Source: Geopsychrobacteraceae bacterium (GTDB taxonomy: Bacteria > Desulfobacterota > Desulfuromonadia > Desulfuromonadales > Geopsychrobacteraceae). Taken from it: a stretch of DNA of 64,000 nt. The translations under genes and the position numbers were made by a program. The stretch lies in NCBI GenBank assembly GCA_963676795.2, contig CAXXTB010000002.1, positions 1,216,001 through 1,280,000 on the forward strand. Reading direction: 5' to 3'. Positions 57,818-64,000 of the stretch are shown in pieces. The notes beneath the pieces are model-generated. The model had not been told where the DNA came from and searched no databases. It worked only from the letters and a program-made list of their open reading frames with translations. Position 1 is the stretch's first letter, and each line of letters opens with the position of its first letter.

Positions 57818-59182
57818 TCAAAGTCCATGCTGTCTCGTCACGCTGCGCATGGTGACAAATTCTTCGGCGCTGGTCGGGTGGATGCCGATGGTCTGGTCGA
57901 AGATTTTTTTGGTGGCACCGGCCTTGAGCGCAACGGCAATCCCCTGAATGGTTTCTCCGGCGTGTTCGCCGACCATATGGGCGCCGACGACGCGATCTGT
58001 CTGGTGATCAACGACCAGTTTCATCATGAATTTGTCGCCGCTGCGGCTTAAGGCGTGTTTCAGTGGAGTGAATTTCGACAGGTAGATATCGACCTGTTCA
58101 AACTGCTGGATTGCCTGCTCCTCGCTCAGACCGACTGTCGCGATGTTCGGCTGAGAGAACACGGCACTTGGGATTAAATCATAGTTGAGCCTGTCCGCGG
58201 CCCCCTGGTAGAGGTTACGCACCAGGGTCATGGCTTCGGCCAGGGCGACCGGGGTGAGCTGGACCCTGTCGATGACATCGCCAAGGGCGTAGACTGATGG
58301 GATGGAGGTCTGAAAATAGTCGTCAACCGCAACTGCACCTGAAGCTGTGATTTCAATGCCGTTTTCTTCCAGACCAAGCCCAGCGATGTTCGGACGGCGA
58401 CCGGTTGCCGCCAGGATCAGTTCGGTGGTGAAGCTGGTGCCGTCATTGAGGAGAGCCTGGTAGCCTTCGGTAGTCTGTGAGACGGCCGTCAGGTCGCAGT
58501 TGAAACGCAGATCGACGCCTGAACGACGCATTTCTTCGGCGACAAATTCACGTACGTCGCGATCAAAACCGCGCAGGAAGAGCTCCTTGCGATAGATCTG
58601 AATCACATTGACGCCAAGGGCGTTGAGAATACCGGCAAATTCACAGGCGATATAACCGCCGCCAACGATCAGAATCTGTCCGGGAAGGGAGGGGAGGCTG
58701 AACATGTCGTTCGAGCTTTTCAGGTATTCCTTGCCGGGAATATCGGGAAACTGCGGTGTGCCGCCGGGGGCCAGCAGGATGCGTTCGGCGCTGTAGGTTC
58801 TGTCGCCAACGCTGACACTCTGCGCTCCGCTCAGGCGGGCGTGGCCATGAATGATTTCGGCTCCGGCCTGTTCAACCATGCCGGCGATGAAATTACTGTT
58901 GCGTTCCAGGACCGTAGCGGTATTGTCACGCAGGACATTCCAGCTGAAACCGTCGACTGCCAGGTTCCAGCCGAAGCGCTCTGCCTGGGCAATGAAGGCG
59001 TGGTAGTCGGCCGCATAGGAGAAGAGTTTTTTCGGCACACAGCCTAAATTGACGCAGGTTCCGCCAGGACGTGCATATTCGGCAACGGCAACTCTGACTC
59101 CCTGTGCCGCGGCCATCCGTGCGGCCCGGACGCCGCCGGAACCGGCGCCGATGACAAATAGATCGTAATCGTAGTTGCTCAT
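57818..59182 (-). CDS. gor: Glutathione-disulfide reductase
   Basis: DLFVIGAGSGGVRAAR, GGTCVNLGCVPKK, GGGYIACEFAG...R.....RGFD, QLTPVA, IHPTSAEEFVTMR. Confidence 0.88.
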   Translation of the reverse strand: MSNYDYDLFVIGAGSGGVRAARMAAAQGVRVAVAEYARPGGTCVNLGCVPKKLFSYAADYHAFIAQAERFGWNLAVDGFSWNVLRDNTATVLERNSNFIAGMVEQAGAEIIHGHARLSGAQSVSVGDRTYSAERILLAPGGTPQFPDIPGKEYLKSSNDMFSLPSLPGQILIVGGGYIACEFAGILNALGVNVIQIYRKELFLRGFDRDVREFVAEEMRRSGVDLRFNCDLTAVSQTTEGYQALLNDGTSFTTELILAATGRRPNIAGLGLEENGIEITASGAVAVDDYFQTSIPSVYALGDVIDRVQLTPVALAEAMTLVRNLYQGAADRLNYDLIPSAVFSQPNIATVGLSEEQAIQQFEQVDIYLSKFTPLKHALSRSGDKFMMKLVVDHQTDRVVGAHMVGEHAGETIQGIAVALKAGATKKIFDQTIGIHPTSAEEFVTMRSVTRQHGL

Positions 59183-59200
59183 GACTATCTCCTTTGCGGG

Positions 59201-60592
59201 TCAACCGACTTCGTTGTATTCGCGCCGTCTGAATTTTACACCGAGTTCGTTAGCGATCTGTTCGCAGGCCCCAATATCGACGCCGGGGTAGGTCACGGCG
59301 GTCGCGGTGACATCCGGTATGTAGTCACCAGCCTGACGAAGGAAGTCCTTGACCCCTTCAAAGCCTTTTTGACCACCGAACTCCGACTGGCACAGCGACT
59401 GGTATTCTTCCGCCGATGAGGCGTTCAGCGAGATCGAGATGGCATCGATCAGCCCTTTGAGCTCAGGCAGTATGTTGCGGCCGTGGACCAGGTTCGCCTG
59501 TCCGTCACTGTTGATCCTGATCTTGACCCCCTGCTTCTTGAGCCATCCCGCAATCTCGACAATAAGGTCGAGGCGCAGCAGCGGTTCTCCGTAGCCGCAG
59601 AAGACAATTTCCGTGTAACGGGTCGGGTCGCCGATTGCCTGTTTGACCTCATCGACGGAAGGTTCATGATCGAGCTTCAGTTCGTGTCCTTTGACAACAA
59701 AATCCTCAAACTTGGCGCAGAAGATACAGCTGTTGGTGCAGCGGTTGGTGATATTGAGGTAGAGAGAATCTCGAATCTGGTAGGCGATTTTGGTCCTCTG
59801 ATCGACCTCACCAAAGCCGAACAGGTCATAGCAGTTGCGGCTGGTGATGCGAGCCACATCTTCGCTGGTCAGCCCTTTGATTTCAGCGACCTTATCCGCG
59901 GTAAAGCGCACATAGGCCGGTTCGTTGCGCTTGCCCCTGAATTTCTGCGGGGAGAGGTAAGGGCAGTCGGTTTCGACCAGGATTTTGTCGATCGAGATGC
60001 CTTTGACCACCTCGAGCAGTTCCTCGTTTTTCGGGTAGGTGATCGTCCCGGGAAAGGAGATGTAAAAACCGAGCTCCAGGCACTTTCGCGCCATCTCGGC
60101 ATCGCCGCTGAAACAGTGGATGACACCGCCGATCTCGAAGGCCTTTTCTTCCTTGAGTATCTGGACAACCTCATCATGGGCAGCACGGTCATGGATGATC
60201 AGCGGTTTGCCAACTTCGCGGGCAAGGCGGATCTGGCTGCGAAAGGCCTGGCGCTGAACATCACGCGGTGCACGGTCACGGTAGAAATCGAGACCGGTTT
60301 CACCGACGGCGACGACCTTGGGATGGGCGCAGAGCTGTTTCAGCTCGGCCAGCGTCTCTCTACTGATTTCCGCTGCGTCGTGGGGATGGACGCCGACCGA
60401 GGCGTAGATGTTGTCATACTTCTCCGCGATGGCGATACTGGCACGGGAACTGGCCAGGTCGCAACCGACGGTGAGGATGTGGCTGATACCGTTTTCTGTG
60501 GCTCTTTGGACGGTCTGGTCGAGATCTCCGGCGAATTGCCCGCCGTCGAGATGGGCGTGGCTGTCGACCAGAGAATGGGCTTGGTTCTGCAT
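59201..60592 (-). CDS. TatD-family DNase fused to a C-terminal radical SAM domain
   Basis: DSHAHL, GVHPH, GETGLD, IHDR, HCFSG, ETDCPYL; then LYLNITNRCTNSCIFC and FCGYGEP; start ATG 60592 after GGAG. Confidence 0.93.
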   Translation of the reverse strand: MQNQAHSLVDSHAHLDGGQFAGDLDQTVQRATENGISHILTVGCDLASSRASIAIAEKYDNIYASVGVHPHDAAEISRETLAELKQLCAHPKVVAVGETGLDFYRDRAPRDVQRQAFRSQIRLAREVGKPLIIHDRAAHDEVVQILKEEKAFEIGGVIHCFSGDAEMARKCLELGFYISFPGTITYPKNEELLEVVKGISIDKILVETDCPYLSPQKFRGKRNEPAYVRFTADKVAEIKGLTSEDVARITSRNCYDLFGFGEVDQRTKIAYQIRDSLYLNITNRCTNSCIFCAKFEDFVVKGHELKLDHEPSVDEVKQAIGDPTRYTEIVFCGYGEPLLRLDLIVEIAGWLKKQGVKIRINSDGQANLVHGRNILPELKGLIDAISISLNASSAEEYQSLCQSEFGGQKGFEGVKDFLRQAGDYIPDVTATAVTYPGVDIGACEQIANELGVKFRRREYNEVG

Positions 60593-60602
60593 CTGCTGCT
60601 CC

Positions 60603-60631
60603 AAAAAAGCAGGGCGCTCTGAAGCGCCCTG
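60603..60631 (-). terminator. Terminator-like hairpin after metG
   Basis: Minus strand cagggcgct-tcag-agcgccctg followed by ctttttt. Confidence 0.65.
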
Positions 60632-60659
60632 TAAATATATTTTTGATCTTGAATTCAGT

Positions 60660-62189
60660 CTACTCGGTTTCGATCCGCGGGAAAAGAGGGGAGGCCTTTT
60701 CGATGGCGCTGCCCGGTTTCAGGCCGCCCCAGACATCCTGTCCTTCGAGGCTGGTATTCTCCGGGTCGCAGCCGAGGATCGCCAGGATCTTGCTGCCGGT
60801 CTCTGGCATGAAGGGAGCGACCAACAGGGCGATAACGCGGATACCTTCCAGCAGGTTGTAGATGACGGTGGCGAGGCGTTGCTGTTGTTCCGGATCCTTG
60901 GCCAGTGCCCATGGCGCTGTCTCATCGATGTACTTGTTGCCGGCGGAGATCAGTTCCCAGATACTCATCAGTGCCTTGTTGAAGGCCATCTCGTCGATCT
61001 GGCCGTCGACCTTCTCGATGTTGGCTTTGAAAAGAGCGATGAAGTTATCGTCAACCTCGGTTGTTGCGGCCGGAGCTGGCAAGGTGCCGCCGAAATACTT
61101 GCCGAGCATGGCCGTTGAGCGGCTGACCAGATTGCCGAGGTCGTTGGCCAGATCGGAGTTGATGCGGTGAACCAGCGCATTGTGCGAGAAGTCGCCATCG
61201 AGTCCGAAGGGAACTTCGCGCAGCAGGAAGTAGCGGATCGCGTCGACGCCGTACTTGTCGATCAGCATATTCGGCTCGACAACATTGCGCAGGCTCTTGC
61301 TCATCTTCTGTCCTTCGACAGTCCACCAGCCATGGGCGAAGACCTTTTTCGGCAGCGGCAGGCCGGCAGCCATCAGGAAGGTCGGCCAGTAGACGGCATG
61401 AAAGCGCAGGATGTCCTTGCCGATGATGTGGTTGCCCGGCCAGAAGGTCGCGTAGTCGCCGTCCTTGTCCGCCGGAAATCCGAGGGCCGAGATATAATTG
61501 TGCAGCGCGTCGAACCAGACATAGATGACATGTCTTTCGTTGCCGGGCACCGGGATCCCCCAGGAGAAGGAGGTCCGGGAGATCGACAGGTCGCGCAGCC
61601 CTTCGCGGACAAAGCTCAGGATCTCGTTACGCCGGGATTTCGGCTGGATGAAGTCCGGGTTCTCCTCGATATGCTTGAGCAGCTGGTCCTGATATTTGCT
61701 CATGCGGAAGAAGTAGGACTCTTCCTTTAACTTGGTGGTCGGCCGGCCACAATCCGGGCAGTTGCCGTCGAGCAGCTGGGTCTCGGTCCAGAAGGTTTCG
61801 CAGGGGGTGCAGTACCAGTCCTCGTATTCGCCGAGGTAGATGTCACCGGTCGCTTCAATCGCCTTGAACTGCTCCTGAACCGCATGCTTATGACGTTCCT
61901 GGGTGGTACGGATAAAATCGGTGTTGGAGATGTTCAGTTTTTCCCACAACCCCTGAAAGCGTTTGACCACCCGGTCGGCGAGTTCCAGCGGGGTTTCGCC
62001 GTTGGCCTTGGCCGCGGTTTCAACCTTCTGGCCGTGCTCGTCAGTTCCGGTCAGAAAGGCGACCTCGAATCCGCGGGCACGCTTGTAGCGGGCAATGACG
62101 TCGCAGGCCAGGGTCGTGTAGGCATGGCCGATATGCGGAACGTCATTGACGTAATAGATCGGGGTGGTGACGTAAAAACTTTGACTCAT
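60660..62189 (-). CDS. metG: Methionine--tRNA ligase (short form without a C-terminal tRNA-binding domain)
   Basis: TTPIYY..PHIGH, GTDEHG, CTPC/CPDC, YVWFDAL, KMSKS; start corrected to ATG 62189. Confidence 0.98.
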   Translation of the reverse strand: MSQSFYVTTPIYYVNDVPHIGHAYTTLACDVIARYKRARGFEVAFLTGTDEHGQKVETAAKANGETPLELADRVVKRFQGLWEKLNISNTDFIRTTQERHKHAVQEQFKAIEATGDIYLGEYEDWYCTPCETFWTETQLLDGNCPDCGRPTTKLKEESYFFRMSKYQDQLLKHIEENPDFIQPKSRRNEILSFVREGLRDLSISRTSFSWGIPVPGNERHVIYVWFDALHNYISALGFPADKDGDYATFWPGNHIIGKDILRFHAVYWPTFLMAAGLPLPKKVFAHGWWTVEGQKMSKSLRNVVEPNMLIDKYGVDAIRYFLLREVPFGLDGDFSHNALVHRINSDLANDLGNLVSRSTAMLGKYFGGTLPAPAATTEVDDNFIALFKANIEKVDGQIDEMAFNKALMSIWELISAGNKYIDETAPWALAKDPEQQQRLATVIYNLLEGIRVIALLVAPFMPETGSKILAILGCDPENTSLEGQDVWGGLKPGSAIEKASPLFPRIETE

Positions 62190-62225
62190 ATTGTGAACTC
62201 CCATGTTGAGATGGCTATGTCTTTA

Positions 62226-63383
62226 TCAATCCTTTGAAGACTCAGGAGATTTCGGCCGGTTCGGCTTGCGTCTCGGCCGGCGTCTGCGCCGCGGTTTCTG
62301 CTCACCGCCTTCAGCGGTGCCTGCGTCCTTGACCTGCGCTGGCCTGCCGCTTGGCTCGTTGGGTTGTGCCGGTCTGCCGGCCTGTTCCTGCCCCTCCTTT
62401 TTGCGGCTGCGGCTGGGGCGGCGGCGTTTCTGCTGGTCTCGTTTTGGCTGGTTGCCGTCACTGGTCTCCTGCCCGGGACCGGCGCCGTCCGTGTCTTTCT
62501 CTGCGGGCCTCGAGCGCTGTTTTCTGGGCTGCTCCTGCTGGGGCTGTGAGACTTGTTGAGGCTGCTGTCTGACGCCTTCCATCTCTTTCTCGAGCTCCGC
62601 GATATGCTTGATGCAGCGGTCGCCGTTAGCACAGGCCAGGGTCACCTTCTGGGCCAGGATATCCTGGGCGATAACCTCTGCCGTGCCTGACTCGAGCTGC
62701 AGTTTTTTGCCGCACTTTGGCAGTTTTTTCTGCAGGTCGTGGTAGGTTTCGTATTCATAGGCCAGGCAGCAGAGCAGGCGGCCGCACTGGCCGGAGATCT
62801 TGGTCGGGTTGAGAGAAAGGCCCTGAGCCTTGGCCATTTTGACCGAAACGGGGGCGAAATCGCGCAGGTGGTTGCTGCAGCACAGTTCGCGGCCGCAAAT
62901 GCCGAGTCCGCCGACCAGTTTGGCCTCGTCGCGGACGCCGATCTGACGCATTTCGATGCGCGTCCGGAAGTGTTGGGCAAGATCACGGACCAGTTCACGG
63001 AAATCGATCCGTCCGTCCGCGGTAAAGTAGAAGATGATTTTGGAGCCGTCGTAGAGATATTCAGCGCGGACCAACTTCATGTCCAGGTTGCGCTGTTGGA
63101 CCCGCCCCTGGCAGTACTTGATGGCTTCCTTCTCCCGTTCTGAATTATCGTCGGCCATTTTCAGGTCATCTTCGTTGGCTTTGCGCTGAATTGGTTTGAG
63201 CTTGGGTGGCGCTTCGGAGGCCGGGATCAGCCGCGGTCCGGCGATGACGGTGCCCAGGGCCCTGCCTCTTTCGGTTTCGACGATGACCTTGTCCCCCTGT
63301 TTCAGTTCAATATCTCGCGCATCGAAATCAAACAGCTTGCCTGCCGTGTGAAACGAAATGCTGACTATGTTCAGTTGGTCCAT
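62226..63383 (-). CDS. PSP1/RicT (YaaT)-family protein with a long disordered tail
   Basis: FTADGRIDFRELV, RQIGVRDEAK, GICGRELCC, KISGQCGRLLCCLAYE. Confidence 0.93.
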   Translation of the reverse strand: MDQLNIVSISFHTAGKLFDFDARDIELKQGDKVIVETERGRALGTVIAGPRLIPASEAPPKLKPIQRKANEDDLKMADDNSEREKEAIKYCQGRVQQRNLDMKLVRAEYLYDGSKIIFYFTADGRIDFRELVRDLAQHFRTRIEMRQIGVRDEAKLVGGLGICGRELCCSNHLRDFAPVSVKMAKAQGLSLNPTKISGQCGRLLCCLAYEYETYHDLQKKLPKCGKKLQLESGTAEVIAQDILAQKVTLACANGDRCIKHIAELEKEMEGVRQQPQQVSQPQQEQPRKQRSRPAEKDTDGAGPGQETSDGNQPKRDQQKRRRPSRSRKKEGQEQAGRPAQPNEPSGRPAQVKDAGTAEGGEQKPRRRRRPRRKPNRPKSPESSKD

Positions 63384-63399
63384 AAATGTTTGCCTTATG

Positions 63400-63999
63400 C
63401 TAAGCCGCTGTCATCCGCAGTAACATCACTTCCAGGGCCAGTTGCCTGTTGACGTTACGTTGCAGATGGTAGCGTGCAGCGGATAATGCTTCCAGTTTTT
63501 TTAACAGCTTGGCTGTCGTCAGTTGCTGAGCCTGCCGGTCCAGCGTTTCCAGCAGGTCGAGATTGACCAGTTCCTGTTCCGGACGCCCCTGTTTGAGCAG
63601 CAGCAGGTCGCGATAGAAGGCCTGAAAGATATCGAGGATTTCAGGCAGTAACTCCTTGTTTGAGGAGAGTTCTTCGGCAAAGTTCAGAGTCTGAATATTA
63701 CTGCCTGCCGACAGGGCTGACAAGGAATGAATCAGCTCCCGGCGTTTTTCGAGATAGAGTTCGCGGTCCTGGCCGAGCCCCTTCTTGAAGCTGCCGCCGG
63801 ACAGGGCAGCCAGAACCTGAGCCTGGGTATCGCTCAGTTCCAGCTTCTGTTGCAGGATCTCGGCAACCTGAGACTGCGGGAGGCGCGAAAAGGTCAGCTT
63901 CTGACAGCGCGAGCGGATCGTCGTCAGTAATTTTTCCCCCTGACTGGATATCAGAATGATGACGGTCTGAGGCTGTGGTTCTTCCAGGGTTTTGAGCAG
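63400..63999 (-). CDS. holB: DNA polymerase III delta' subunit, 3' part (runs off the window end)
   Basis: The frame stays open to the window edge: LLKTLEEP...LLTTIRSRCQ...RNVNRQLALE; holB-ricT-metG-tatD synteny. Confidence 0.93.
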   Translation of the reverse strand: MLKTLEEPQPQTVIILISSQGEKLLTTIRSRCQKLTFSRLPQSQVAEILQQKLELSDTQAQVLAALSGGSFKKGLGQDRELYLEKRRELIHSLSALSAGSNIQTLNFAEELSSNKELLPEILDIFQAFYRDLLLLKQGRPEQELVNLDLLETLDRQAQQLTTAKLLKKLEALSAARYHLQRNVNRQLALEVMLLRMTAA

Positions 64000-64000
64000 C

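Noticed and set aside
57523..57855. 110-aa + strand ORF in the asmA-gor gap
   Set aside because: No clear RBS, atypical Cys/Trp-rich composition, and it overlaps the gor 3' end
63400..63723. Apparent stand-alone 107-aa ORF or holB pseudogene
   Set aside because: The frame is open to the window edge and contains LLKTLEEP and TIRSRC, so it is simply truncated by the window

Overview
64 kb of mostly core chromosome from a moderately GC-rich bacterium. Gene content and order suggest Desulfuromonadales/Thermodesulfobacteriota (inference only). 1-33 kb, mainly + strand, is housekeeping: rluB-like 3' end, TPR protein plus ExeA-type ATPase, mutL-miaA-hfq, DUF512 radical SAM, copA, DHH phosphoesterase, amidase, rph-rdgB, ndk-rlmN-mtnP-pfkB-pilW/tgl-like, two-component genes, YhaM-like nuclease, coaBC, family-4 UDG and sbcDC. 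33-48 kb looks accessory. It holds a Cache-HAMP receptor with no output domain, an AT-rich islet with an RHH gene plus a small coiled-coil gene, and a self-contained omega-amino-acid (GABA-like) uptake and catabolism module. That module comprises a sensor kinase with a complete dCache_1 amino-acid-binding motif, a sigma54 activator, an aldehyde dehydrogenase, gabT and a Liv-type ABC transporter. Its two consensus sigma54 promoters share an enhancer-like motif, GTCARC-N4-GTTGAC-N7-GTTKAC, placed 22 bp (about two helical turns) apart relative to the promoter. 48-64 kb carries AddAB-like genes, a catalytically degenerate RimB-like protease, AsmA, glutathione reductase, and holB-ricT-metG followed by a tatD/radical-SAM fusion. 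I found no rRNA, tRNA, CRISPR array, transposase or integrase. All functional calls come from motif recognition by eye, with no database searches. Several start codons were moved from the ORF track to RBS-supported positions.
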